From contig OZ246396.1 in the NCBI GenBank assembly GCA_965230905.1, positions 210,001 through 242,000 on the forward strand: a stretch of 32,000 bases of DNA, read 5' to 3'. A program made the position numbers and the translations under genes. This DNA is from Candidatus Saccharimonadota bacterium. GTDB lineage: Bacteria > Patescibacteriota > Gracilibacteria > UBA1369 > 2-02-FULL-48-14. The notes beneath the pieces are model-generated. The model was not told the DNA's origin, ran no database searches, and saw nothing but the letters and a program-made list of their open reading frames with translations. Below are positions 10,001 to 17,619 of this stretch, one piece after another. Numbering within the stretch: the stretch's first letter is position 1; every line of letters begins with the position of its first letter.

Positions 10001-10368
10001 TTCAGTAAAGGCTTATCCTGCAAGTATTTAGGACTCTTGAGTTGGGTCTTTAACCTGATGAGTTTGTCGATTTCAATCTGCACCATGTTCACGGACCCCA
10101 ACTGGCTCAGCCAGTCGTCCATTACATCCTGATGTTCACCGGGCACGTACTCCGTGCGCTCGGGCACCCATTTTTTCATTTCTTTGTAAAATTCGCTCTC
10201 TCCCGGGGCATCTGCGCCACCCGAGTTGGGGCGTGGGGCCTCGGGGCCTTGAGAGGCTTGATCGGCGGTTCCATCATTTCCAGGATTGGCAAAAACCAGG
10301 ATGGACGCTCCTAGGAAGAGTTTTTTTTGGGTTTCCCGGTAATGGCTGTTGAATCCGTGGATCAGCAT
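7015..10368 (-). CDS. Orphan large secreted protein (~1117 aa) with a C-terminal His-rich tail; fifth gene of the orphan envelope cluster
   Basis: This is a long uninterrupted ORF. From the ATG at 10368 the N-terminus MLIHGFNSHYRETQKKLFLGASILVFANPG looks like a signal peptide. The track start (GTG at 10446) would add 26 aa. The body is mostly helical or coiled-coil. The tail reads HHGHAHHDDHGAHGSHGAHGGHGDAHAEGH...HGSTHGGGH. I recognise no family. Confidence 0.7.
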   Translation of the reverse strand: MLIHGFNSHYRETQKKLFLGASILVFANPGNDGTADQASQGPEAPRPNSGGADAPGESEFYKEMKKWVPERTEYVPGEHQDVMDDWLSQLGSVNMVQIEIDKLIRLKTQLKSPKYLQDKPLLKDKIVGAYREMLAGRQQIERLQGMNIGQDIDWGNLQRKTSADYQARTSEVLTDIDYVIQKLVDKRSDALRVTRELMIEDFQRRLIAFQVEWEADPPPGYESAAADWIHAAEQIMDESERLERFDSRNPAFPEGSRVFEKARNMWEGIRNMETTLDLYREGQSHGLNPAKLAQELQRIEALRTTKITDEVVARNRQKIDEVLSRIEAIKPQIEGADPEVVKEIEKLKEHLIKNRDLNAVIDDVLNSTEAASEGKEYGGVKHVLTKGLKGQLDFISKVPVSETERNHMMFRFSDALKALEGQINGAEKSIETVYPDILKKIALVEEEQASQGKKKKGYKIYWLAPGPTFGIVSHAIQDVFKKNYDRDTQRKAGIWGSKAFEFLKKLPTPIFEEQLRPLKEIAGKMAIEQEHAETNDYQEWMKNHDHAPVSHLIHVMHDTTNQFEFRAVIELLAKKGRMRFDDEGFLLQLNRWQSTYPIPASRHWHQSNNARSEDLIKKGVNLLYGDIDLYQNWRTSNSSAIESEKGKFSSRFAEVSEKTGGLESEIKPILAEYLKDLEDPSKHGGSDADPVKYEAVLLYAIKEGKMDAEDVLYYLIQGIGKGLLPLERGSVFTGLNNNYPAIEIFASPTKRGQKPVLEDVQEWSEMNKEEYMDWFHSHVMYLPKVRQRLVKAQSQGMRLDHDYFTAFAGYLNSSTVKRLLQANNEGYGLQETAVQNGTVGMLFTLDTLAESYDEFTDDTGQKALSNVVETIMTFDGITSGRIYANQGNYYRMSNATREAEPRAAGGYGLYYGRGKMSTGAHLKTMKQHLHLLDFDSNFPMIRKLINNEFKNDTEAATFAQNMLAAYPGIFAENPLPTTVDKLYENIGVYIDYAIKNGKPSIRNYLNTMKAEHTANIAAMKAAAIASGESKETIDKMKSAHARREEREGKMKHFRQEFAKKMEGGKLVEDHHGHAHHDDHGAHGSHGAHGGHGDAHAEGHTPTEGGPSSHGSTHGGGH

Positions 10369-10504
10369 AGCCGTGGGGTAAGTGATGCTGCTCCTGATTG
10401 GAGCGAGAGAGGCGAGTAGCTCAGGGGTTTCGGCTGGGCCGAACACTGGGCGGACTCACGTCTCACAATCACCTGCCTGGACGGATTGCGACCGTAGGAG
10501 GGAG

Positions 10505-10533
10505 ATTGTAACATCGTTATTTGTTTTTGTAAA
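10505..10533 (-). promoter_or_regulatory. Sigma70-like promoter for the His-tailed protein gene
   Basis: The minus strand reads TTTACA (10533-10528), a 17-nt spacer, then TACAAT (10510-10505). It lies in the ~100-180 nt gap after the upstream gene's stop (10549). Confidence 0.45.
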
Positions 10534-10548
10534 GTCATGGGGTTTTTA

Positions 10549-12798
10549 TCACATATGAGGAGCGGGCGCTGGCGGTGGGGTTGTTGTTGGAGGGGTTGTT
10601 GCTGGAGGGGTTGTTGCTGGAGGAGTTGCGGGTGGTGGCGTAACCGGAGCTGTAGGTGCTGGTGCTGCGGCGGGCGGTAAAGCTTCTACACGTGTTTTGA
10701 GAGCCTCCAAATCTCTGGTGAGTTGTGCATCGGCGGCAGCGGGTACAGCGGCAGTGGCAGCTGCCAACTGATCGGTGGCGGCTTTAAGTTGAGCAGCCGT
10801 TAGCCCTGCACCAGCCGTTTCAGCGGCGGCTACGGCACTTGTGAGAGCCGTAATACTGCCTCGCGCGGCGGTGATAGCGGCTTGAGTGGGAGGCGCTTGG
10901 ACGGTCGCGGGAGTGGTGACGACTTCTCCATTAAAGTTATTGGCGCTCTCTTTAATCGTGCTGTCTGTACTGCCGCTCAAGATTCCTAATTCTTCCCCTT
11001 TTCTATTGAGGATTGCCTTCAAAGGCTCAAAGCTTCTTTGTGAACCGTTGTCGTAACCTGTTTGGAGTTCTCTTACCTCTTTCAACAAGGCTTCTTTCTC
11101 AGAACCTTGCAAACTGGATTTCGCATCGATGGTGTTATATAGAGCCTTAGCTACGGCACTAAGGTCTGAACTCAGCATGTTACCATTGCCATCCCTTTTG
11201 GCTAAACTGTCTTCGATGGTGCGAGCATTCGTAACGGGATCCATAGTTCCTCGTGCACCACGGTCTCCCATAAGCATTTTTGCAATTGGGTTGGCGTTGG
11301 CCAGATTTTGCATCTCGGTGTCCACACCAGTTCCGTATTCAATGTTTCTCAAACCTTGATCGGCCAAACCTCTAAGCGCAGCAATGGACGTGAATTGATC
11401 TTCTCCATTTTTGACCCCAATTGGAACTGTTGGAAGCAGCGTGGGCGCTTTAACAGCGGCGTCACGGATTCGTTCTCCAAAGCCTTTAATGGCGTCGGTG
11501 GCGAAACTGGCGTAGGTGTCGCTGGCGGCGGCAAATACTCCGGTCCACACAATCACGATGCTCGCGATGGCGATGATGAATTGAGGCAGGCTGTCTATTC
11601 CGCTGATTAAGAATTCCGTAGAAATCACTTGGTCGGCCTGGAAACCTCCTCCAGCTAAGGCGGCGTTTCCGGCGAGTCCGCTCCAAGCGGCGATCATGAT
11701 GTAACCCAAGCTCATGGTCGCTCCAATGATCACGGGAGCCATGAGGTGTTTGAGAATTTTTTGAGCAAAGTCGCCTCCCCCTCCGGTCCATTCTTTAATT
11801 TGAGGAACCACATAGGTGAGCACCGCCAAAGGCGAGAGCGCCAGGGCGATCCACAGCACCACCAAACGGGTGATGAGCACAATGCCCAGCACCACATAAG
11901 AAGTGGCAAAAACCAGATACATCATTACGGAGAAAAGGAAGCTCACCGTCAACTCTTCAAAGCTGTCGATGGCGTCCGCTTTCAATATAGACAGGTTGCT
12001 GAGCCCTCCCATGTTCACCGCCATGATGAGTCCAATGTTGTTGGAATTCATATCGGTGAAGTATTTGGCGGCCAGCAGTCCATCGAGCTCGTCGTAGGTT
12101 CCAGTCTCTTCATCTTTATCACAGAACAACCTGGTATAAATGGGGACATCTTTTTCGGCGTCCACGTCGGCATCCCAGGAATCGTGGCTTCCGTCTTCAT
12201 TCAACTGTTTATAACAGACCTTCACCTGGAATTCCGTTTTCACGGCACTGAAGTCGTAGGGCGTGGCGTCGGTGGCGGCCAGCTCGGGCAGGGCAAACAC
12301 AGCGGTGGTGGCCACATTGGTGAGGTCCAAAACCACCTTTCCGGCAATGAACGTGAAGTTCACCACAACGAGTCCCAGCACGATTTTAGGCAGAGCCGTT
12401 TTGAGGGCCAAGTCCCCTTCTCCTCCTCCAATTCCGAGCACGTTGTAAAAGGCGACCACCAGGAGCACGAGCACAAATCCAATGTTCACCAGGTCACGAA
12501 CGGGGATCCAAATACCCTTCAAACGCTCCTCCATTCCCGGCCCCAAAATGAGGTCGGTGTCCATAAGGTCTCCAATAACAATGAGCACGGGCCAGAGTAG
12601 GGCGTTCAAAAATTGCATCACAACCGAGAGGAGTTCTGCAATGACTTGCACCACATCTTCCCCAGTATCAGAGGCTGCCGCTTCAGTGGCGGCTTGGGCG
12701 AGGTCTGGGATCAAGGTAGAACCCAGCGCAGCCACCAGCACCAGCATGAAAGCTTTGCTTTTGATTAAATTCAGGAATATTCGTGTGAGTATCTTCAT
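10549..12798 (-). CDS. Orphan polytopic membrane protein (~749 aa) with a signal peptide, ~8 TM segments, an Ala-rich coiled region and a Pro/Thr-rich C-terminal tail
   Basis: From the ATG at 12798: MKILTRIFLNLIKSKAFMLVLVAALGSTLIPDLAQAA is signal-like. Hydrophobic segments follow (LVNIGFVLVLLVVAF, IVLGLVVVNFTFIAG, LTVSFLFSVMMYLVFATSYVVLGIVLITRLVVLWIALAL, FIIAIASIVIVWTGVFAAA). The tail is PPAAAPAPTAPVTPPPATPPATTPPATTPPTTTPPPAPAP. The start overlaps the upstream stop as TAATG. Confidence 0.75.
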   Translation of the reverse strand: MKILTRIFLNLIKSKAFMLVLVAALGSTLIPDLAQAATEAAASDTGEDVVQVIAELLSVVMQFLNALLWPVLIVIGDLMDTDLILGPGMEERLKGIWIPVRDLVNIGFVLVLLVVAFYNVLGIGGGEGDLALKTALPKIVLGLVVVNFTFIAGKVVLDLTNVATTAVFALPELAATDATPYDFSAVKTEFQVKVCYKQLNEDGSHDSWDADVDAEKDVPIYTRLFCDKDEETGTYDELDGLLAAKYFTDMNSNNIGLIMAVNMGGLSNLSILKADAIDSFEELTVSFLFSVMMYLVFATSYVVLGIVLITRLVVLWIALALSPLAVLTYVVPQIKEWTGGGGDFAQKILKHLMAPVIIGATMSLGYIMIAAWSGLAGNAALAGGGFQADQVISTEFLISGIDSLPQFIIAIASIVIVWTGVFAAASDTYASFATDAIKGFGERIRDAAVKAPTLLPTVPIGVKNGEDQFTSIAALRGLADQGLRNIEYGTGVDTEMQNLANANPIAKMLMGDRGARGTMDPVTNARTIEDSLAKRDGNGNMLSSDLSAVAKALYNTIDAKSSLQGSEKEALLKEVRELQTGYDNGSQRSFEPLKAILNRKGEELGILSGSTDSTIKESANNFNGEVVTTPATVQAPPTQAAITAARGSITALTSAVAAAETAGAGLTAAQLKAATDQLAAATAAVPAAADAQLTRDLEALKTRVEALPPAAAPAPTAPVTPPPATPPATTPPATTPPTTTPPPAPAPHM
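10574..10633. repeat. Degenerate 15-bp tandem repeat (about 4 units) inside the Pro/Thr-tail coding region
   Basis: ggaggggttgttgct occurs at 10589-10603 and again at 10604-10618. Degenerate copies flank it: ggtggggttgttgtt (10574-10588) and ggaggagttgcgggt (10619-10633). On the minus strand these encode PATTP-type repeats. Confidence 0.6.
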
Positions 12799-14003
12799 TA
12801 TGTGAATAAGGTGACGTGAGTTACGAACAGGCTTGAACCCGTGAGGGCCGCTACTAAACCACCGATGATTCCGGCGCCGGCTCCCGCCCCTTTGGCGAGT
12901 TTCTTTTGGTCGGCGCTCCATCGAGCTTTTTTAGCTTTTTGAACATTTGCCTCTTGTTTATAAACCACTTGTTGCATGGTTTTATTTCGGGCGGCGCGGT
13001 CGGCTTCATGCTGCTGCGCTTGTTGAAGAGCCTGAGTTTGGCGCGCGAAGCGCGCTGCCATGGCTGCCTTTGCCGCCATAACATTGGGCACAGCCCCGCC
13101 TTCCCTATGCATGAGCGGTTGCTCAATGCTGGCTTGCGCTAGCGCCGCCGCTTCTCTGGCCCGTTGTTCGGGCGAAGCGTGATGCTTGGCTTCCTGCATC
13201 GCGAGCATGGTCAAACCCGTAGCCAATAAGGCTCCTGCAGCTGGGTTGTTCTTTGAAGATTGCATAACTAGACCCCGGGTCACGGCTTCTTGAGTGGGTC
13301 TTTGCAGAGATTTGTCTTCTTGCGCTTCCCCATACTCCTCAAAGAGCTGAGTTTCTGAGATGTGCTTTTCCTTTCCGTTTTTATCAATCTGTTTGTAGTC
13401 AAAAGGACGAGTGGCTTCTTGATCCACCACCACCTCATACTTCAAGTTGTTTGCATCCTCCGCCTCTACGTTGCTGGCGGTTCGGTTCACTTCCACCTGC
13501 ACCACTCCGTTTTTGAGGACAGCGTTTTTAACGGACCAAATGGTTTTTTCAGCTCCGTTCAGGGCGGTGAAATTCTCGTTCATGTTCTTCACCACATACA
13601 ATAAGGTTTGTTCTTCCACGACTTCCACCAGGTTGGTGGTGCTGTTTCGGAACGTGGGCGACTTGATTGTATAGTTGAGCGGCTGCGCTTGGCGGGCTTC
13701 TTGCAAAGTGAGGAATTGATCAAAAGTCTTTCCTTCATCCGTGCTCACCAATAAGAGTTGCTGACGCTTAGCCAAGGTGATCAGTTCTTTCTTTTTCGCT
13801 TCGTCCACTGGGCGGGCATCGATCAAAACCAGTAGTTCCTTTTCCACTTTTTTCGAGAGGTGCTCACTGAAACGCTGTGTCACTTCCTCCTTTCCCCAGG
13901 TGTAGAGCACGGCTTTATTTTCCTCCGCAAATTCAGCGTAGGCCTGCGCGTAGGGCGCTTCCAGATGCTGAGGATCGAATTGGTTTTGAGTGTCTAAAAA
14001 CAT
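12798..14003 (-). CDS. Orphan tail-anchored protein (401 aa), third gene of the cluster
   Basis: The ORF has an ATG at 14003, 3 nt after the upstream stop. It has a soluble N-terminal part, an Ala/Gln-rich helical region and a C-terminal hydrophobic anchor, GAGAGAGIIGGLVAALTGSSLFVTHVTLFT. I recognise no family. Confidence 0.7.
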   Translation of the reverse strand: MFLDTQNQFDPQHLEAPYAQAYAEFAEENKAVLYTWGKEEVTQRFSEHLSKKVEKELLVLIDARPVDEAKKKELITLAKRQQLLLVSTDEGKTFDQFLTLQEARQAQPLNYTIKSPTFRNSTTNLVEVVEEQTLLYVVKNMNENFTALNGAEKTIWSVKNAVLKNGVVQVEVNRTASNVEAEDANNLKYEVVVDQEATRPFDYKQIDKNGKEKHISETQLFEEYGEAQEDKSLQRPTQEAVTRGLVMQSSKNNPAAGALLATGLTMLAMQEAKHHASPEQRAREAAALAQASIEQPLMHREGGAVPNVMAAKAAMAARFARQTQALQQAQQHEADRAARNKTMQQVVYKQEANVQKAKKARWSADQKKLAKGAGAGAGIIGGLVAALTGSSLFVTHVTLFT

Positions 14004-14006
14004 TTT

Positions 14007-15623
14007 TTAAGCTTTGTAAATGAAGGGATCTAAGGGGGCGTAGCTCATAACGGTTTGACTCACTTCGGCACGAGCTTTTTCAATGAAGGCACGTTGAGCG
14101 GCGCCGTCTGTGGTTTTTTGTCCTCTTTCTCCCTCAATGAGGGCAAGGTCTGAAGCCCACTCAGAAATCTTGGCTTCCAGATTGTTTCGCTGTTCCCACA
14201 AAGGTCTAAAATCTGGAGGAAGGTCCTCTTTTTTGTTGATTCCAATATCGGCCAGCGTCACCGGCACGGTGGAATCCAAGAATTTCTCTTTTTTAGCCTT
14301 ATGAACCATGGCAATGCGCTCGGCAAAGTTGGCGTAAAAGTGAGATTCCTCCCAGTAATTGTTCAAATCGGCTTTCATAACCACGGTGTGCTCCGCCATG
14401 CGGTCATCGGCTTCTTCGTTGTCGTCTTTAAGCACTTTGGCACCCATGCCTTCCGGCGTAGACATCAATCCTGCAAGTCCATCGGACATTTGCAAACCGA
14501 CTCCCACTTGAGCGACTCCCAACCAGAGGGCGGGGTTCATCGGAATATCCAACGGGTCGTGGAGTCCCATCAGTACGTTGGCGACCACGGTCATTCCTCC
14601 GTTCACGGTGAGCGCCAGAGATCCAAGTCTCTCCCCGGTCATCAGTTCGCGAGCCCTGTTTTTGTGGCCCACTTGGCGGGTGCTGTAGTATTCCGAAGCA
14701 TCAGCCCGGATTTCCATAGCTATTTTTTGTGTTTTCTTCATGCTTTCTCCGTTCACGGTGGCCAGGGTTTCTTTCAGTTTTTCGGTTTCTTCGGCGAACT
14801 TTCGGTCTTCCCCGAGCTTGCTGATTCGCAGATTCAAGGCTTCCGTGGCCTGTAAAACGGTCACATAGGTAGACCCAACCATGCTCAAAACCACTTGGTC
14901 GAAATCGGGGAAAGAGGCTTCTTCCGCCATTTTAGTGAGCAGGGCGGTACGGTCGGCAGGCGTGAGCACTCCCAGCACTATCATCAAGGAGCTTTGCTCG
15001 ATGGTGTTTTGATTGCCTCCCAGCTTGCGCACTCGATCCACCAGTTCTTTCAAATCCTCTGGGCTGAGCGGCTCTTTATCTCTGATTTTTTCCAGCATGC
15101 TGTAATAATCCGGAGGGAATTGACCTCCCACGCTTTCCAGGTAACTGGCCTGCATGGGCTGAGGTAAAGCCTGAAACACCAAGTCGGAAACGTTCATGCG
15201 TTCGATCAAGGTGCTGACTTCGCGGAGTTTGGCCAACTCAGTGTCGGAGGAAACGGTTTTATCTCCCTGCAGGCTGGTTTCGTACTGCATCGCAGCGATT
15301 TCTATCATGAGCTCAGCTCGTTTCGTAATGAAGCCAAAGGCGGTTTCTTGGGCTAGCAGCAATTGGTTGCGTTCCACCTCATCCAATTCCCCCAACTGAG
15401 TGGCCACTTTGTCTCTGATTTCTCGAGTAACTTCTTCGGCCTTACTCCCCAGGGTCACCTTGATGCTGTTTTCCGCCAATTCTCCCCAATCGGAGGAAGC
15501 TCGTTCAAACCAAGCCATTTTTTGCTCAAAGGTGCTTTCCAAGCCTTTTACGGCTTTGGCTTGCTGCGCGTCTAGCTTTCGCTCAAACGCTTCTTGTGGA
15601 TCGTACTGTGGGAGTTCAGACAT
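14007..15623 (-). CDS. Orphan coiled-coil protein (538 aa) with a central hydrophobic hairpin, second gene of the cluster
   Basis: The ORF has an ATG at 15623, 2 nt after the upstream stop. The hydrophobic stretch is LGSLALTVNGGMTVVANVLMGL...ALWLGVAQVGVGLQ. I recognise no family. Confidence 0.7.
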   Translation of the reverse strand: MSELPQYDPQEAFERKLDAQQAKAVKGLESTFEQKMAWFERASSDWGELAENSIKVTLGSKAEEVTREIRDKVATQLGELDEVERNQLLLAQETAFGFITKRAELMIEIAAMQYETSLQGDKTVSSDTELAKLREVSTLIERMNVSDLVFQALPQPMQASYLESVGGQFPPDYYSMLEKIRDKEPLSPEDLKELVDRVRKLGGNQNTIEQSSLMIVLGVLTPADRTALLTKMAEEASFPDFDQVVLSMVGSTYVTVLQATEALNLRISKLGEDRKFAEETEKLKETLATVNGESMKKTQKIAMEIRADASEYYSTRQVGHKNRARELMTGERLGSLALTVNGGMTVVANVLMGLHDPLDIPMNPALWLGVAQVGVGLQMSDGLAGLMSTPEGMGAKVLKDDNEEADDRMAEHTVVMKADLNNYWEESHFYANFAERIAMVHKAKKEKFLDSTVPVTLADIGINKKEDLPPDFRPLWEQRNNLEAKISEWASDLALIEGERGQKTTDGAAQRAFIEKARAEVSQTVMSYAPLDPFIYKA

Positions 15624-15625
15624 GT

Positions 15626-16126
15626 TTAGTTCAGGCGAAGGATACGGACCAGAGCATCGAGGAAAGTGAGTTGTTTCCCTTCCTGTTCAGGAATTTGTGT
15701 AACCAGAAATTGACGAACCGTGGCTGGATTCATTCCCATCAAGGGAATCACCACTTCAGGATGCGATTTTCGATTGGTCATCAGGTGAAGTTCATCGGTC
15801 ATGGGCGGGTTGTGCAACACGGCAAAAGCCTTGAGGCTGCTGTAAGGCAAACGCAGCACGCCAAATTTCACCCCGTAAGGCGAGAAAATAACCTGCACGG
15901 CCTTGGGTTTTTTGCGGTGTTCCAGCAAAAGCACCAGCGGCAAGACGATAAACACCACCATCATGGTGATGGAACCAGTGAAAAATGCGTAGGCGACCAA
16001 GGCTCCGTTCAGCAAGATCAGGAGGGCGAACCAGAGTCGTCCACGCTCGAAGCGCATAAACTCAGGGGCCATCCATCCCAAAACCACTTCGTCGAACGCA
16101 GCAGCTGGGGTGTTTTCGTATGCCAT
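15626..16126 (-). CDS. Small membrane protein (166 aa; two N-terminal TM helices plus a C-terminal soluble domain), first gene of the cluster
   Basis: MAYENTPAAAFDEVVLGWMAPEFMRFERGRLWFALLILLNGALVAYAFFTGSITMMVVFIVLPLVLLL is followed by a beta-rich ~90 aa domain. It sits directly downstream of a promoter. Confidence 0.7.
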   Translation of the reverse strand: MAYENTPAAAFDEVVLGWMAPEFMRFERGRLWFALLILLNGALVAYAFFTGSITMMVVFIVLPLVLLLEHRKKPKAVQVIFSPYGVKFGVLRLPYSSLKAFAVLHNPPMTDELHLMTNRKSHPEVVIPLMGMNPATVRQFLVTQIPEQEGKQLTFLDALVRILRLN

Positions 16127-16155
16127 ACGGGATTTGTTTTTATTTTTATCTTATT

Positions 16156-16184
16156 ATTTTAGCACAGATGGAGCTTTTTTACAA
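16156..16184 (-). promoter_or_regulatory. Sigma70-like promoter for orphan cluster genes 1-4
   Basis: The minus strand reads TTGTAA (16184-16179), a 17-nt spacer, then TAAAAT (16161-16156). It lies between the rpsR terminator and the ATG at 16126. Confidence 0.45.
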
Positions 16185-16197
16185 CGCTCCGAGGCCA

Positions 16198-16228
16198 GCA
16201 AAAAAGACCTCCCTGCGGAGGTCTTTTA
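16198..16228 (-). terminator. Rho-independent terminator of the rpsF-ssb-rpsR operon
   Basis: The minus strand reads AAGACCUCC-GCAG-GGAGGUCUU followed by UUUUGC (stem 16204-16212 / 16217-16225, U run from 16203 down). It lies 23 nt after the rpsR stop. Confidence 0.7.
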
Positions 16229-16250
16229 ATTTGCGAATTAATCTGGGCAA

Positions 16251-16469
16251 TTAAATCTTTCTTGTGTAGGGCAAGAGTGCCATTTCACGAGCCCGTTTAA
16301 TGGCTTGAGAAAGCTGTTTTTGCTGCTTCAAGCTAATACCGGTGTAGTAGCGGGGAACGATGCGACCGAACACGGAGAGGTACGCACGGAGCGTAGCAAG
16401 ATCCTTGTAGTCGATGTACGCCGGCAGCACGGGGCGGGCGGTTTTCTGAACTTTTACTTTTTTCGTCAT
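16251..16469 (-). CDS. rpsR: 30S ribosomal protein S18
   Basis: The 72-aa product includes [50 protein letters not shown], a typical S18 sequence. It follows ssb. Confidence 0.9.
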   Translation of the reverse strand: MTKKVKVQKTARPVLPAYIDYKDLATLRAYLSVFGRIVPRYYTGISLKQQKQLSQAIKRAREMALLPYTRKI

Positions 16470-16485
16470 GGTGTCGTTTAATTAG

Positions 16486-16980
16486 TTAAAACATATTGTC
16501 GTCGTCGATGCTTGCGGTGAGGTCACCGGAAGCAGCAGGTGCAGAAGAAGCTACAGGAGCAGATCCTTCGTCACCACCCATTGCCATTTCAGGTTCAGCA
16601 CCCATGCTGTGGCCCTCGGCATCCGGTACAAAATCATCTTCTCCATCCTTACGTTTTTCGAGGATGATCATGTCTTGGAGCACGATTTCTGTTCGGAAAC
16701 GTCGAGTTCCATCTTCCATGTCCCAGCTTCGAGTCTTGAGGTATCCCTCTACGTACACGAGCATTCCCTTTCGGAGGTGGTCGCGGCAGATTTCAGCGAG
16801 CTTAGCCCAAGCCACACATTCGTGGAACTCGGCAGAGCTGCGTTTTTCACGGCTAGAAGTCGTCCATTGACGGTTCGTTGCGAGACCAAGCGTCACAATG
16901 GATTGTCCGCTAGTGGTGGTCTTGAGTTCAGGGTCTCGGGTTAAGTTCCCGATGAGGATCACTTTATTTACGCTTCGCAT
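16486..16980 (-). CDS. ssb: Single-stranded DNA-binding protein
   Basis: MRSVNKVILIGNLTRDPELKTTTSGQSIVTLGLATNRQW is an OB fold. The C-terminus is Gly/Ala-rich and ends in the acidic tip IDDDNMF. Confidence 0.92.
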   Translation of the reverse strand: MRSVNKVILIGNLTRDPELKTTTSGQSIVTLGLATNRQWTTSSREKRSSAEFHECVAWAKLAEICRDHLRKGMLVYVEGYLKTRSWDMEDGTRRFRTEIVLQDMIILEKRKDGEDDFVPDAEGHSMGAEPEMAMGGDEGSAPVASSAPAASGDLTASIDDDNMF

Positions 16981-16998
16981 AGTACGGTAATGTTAAGG

Positions 16999-17490
16999 TT
17001 AAAGGTCTTTATCTTCGATGATGGCCTTGAGGCTTGCATCGAGTTTCTCAGTTTCTTTTGGAGCGTCTTCAGTCGCTTTAACGGACGCTTTTGCAGCAGG
17101 AGTACGAGTTGAGCTGCGCACTTTCTTGCTGAGTTCTTCTGCAGGTGTGCTGAGTTTAGCCGCGTTGCCAGTAGTCGCTAGTGGGTCATAACGCATCATC
17201 ACGTAATCGTTGGGAACTTTGCTGGCCATGTAACGCAAAAGTCCAACCTGGAGATTGAGATCCTTTTGAATTTCTGGAAGTCCAGCCGGTTCACCTTCGA
17301 AATTGTAGACAACGTAGTACGCCTTAGTGCTTCCCTTGATTGGGTAAGACATTTCGCGCATTCCCCAGAGGTCTTCATCAACAATAGCGTAACCATTCTC
17401 GGTCACGATTCCTTTGATTTCCTTGAGGTTCTTCTCGATTTCCTTGTCCGTTTGTTTAGGACTCAGAATGAGCATGAGTTCATATTTCAT
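16999..17490 (-). CDS. rpsF: 30S ribosomal protein S6 with a ~65 aa charged C-terminal extension
   Basis: From the ATG at 17490: MKYELMLILSPKQTDKEIEKNLKEIKGIVTENGYAIVDEDLWGMREMSYPIKG matches S6. The upstream track extension (to 17544) covers a hairpin and is rejected. Confidence 0.9.
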   Translation of the reverse strand: MKYELMLILSPKQTDKEIEKNLKEIKGIVTENGYAIVDEDLWGMREMSYPIKGSTKAYYVVYNFEGEPAGLPEIQKDLNLQVGLLRYMASKVPNDYVMMRYDPLATTGNAAKLSTPAEELSKKVRSSTRTPAAKASVKATEDAPKETEKLDASLKAIIEDKDL

Positions 17491-17619
17491 GGTCTGTTTG
17501 GGGTAACCCTCCAGTCCATTAGGGGAGCAAAATTTGCTCCGCATAAGGCTGAAAGACAGAATAAAAGCACGCGGAGATTAACATGAGAAAGGGCTTCAGG
17601 CAAGCGAATTTAGGCTCAC

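Noticed and set aside
10369-10446. N-terminal extensions of track ORFs: 10369-10446, 12799-12921, 17491-17544, 18229-18369, 5204-5239
   Set aside because: Downstream ATG starts give proper signal peptides or family-typical N-termini, and in one case a TAATG coupling. The extensions overlap upstream genes, promoters or hairpins. The choice of starts remains inferential.
10574-10633. The 15-bp tandem repeat as a CRISPR-like or regulatory array
   Set aside because: It has no spacers, lies inside a continuous ORF, and simply encodes a PATTP-type low-complexity tail.
7072-15575. Numerous + strand ORFs inside the orphan cluster (e.g. 7072-7605, 8554-9276, 11746-12600 at 284 aa, 14301-14855)
   Set aside because: Each is nested antisense within a much longer minus-strand ORF that is tightly coupled to its neighbours. 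Their translations are His/Gly/Val-rich mirror images of Pro/Thr/Ala-rich coding sequence.
10549-16126. Calling the cluster a type IV secretion, conjugation or pilus system
   Set aside because: Only the topology of the polytopic protein is VirB6/TrbL-like. No VirB4/VirD4/PilB-type ATPase, pilin, prepilin peptidase, relaxase or secretin is present in the cluster or window.
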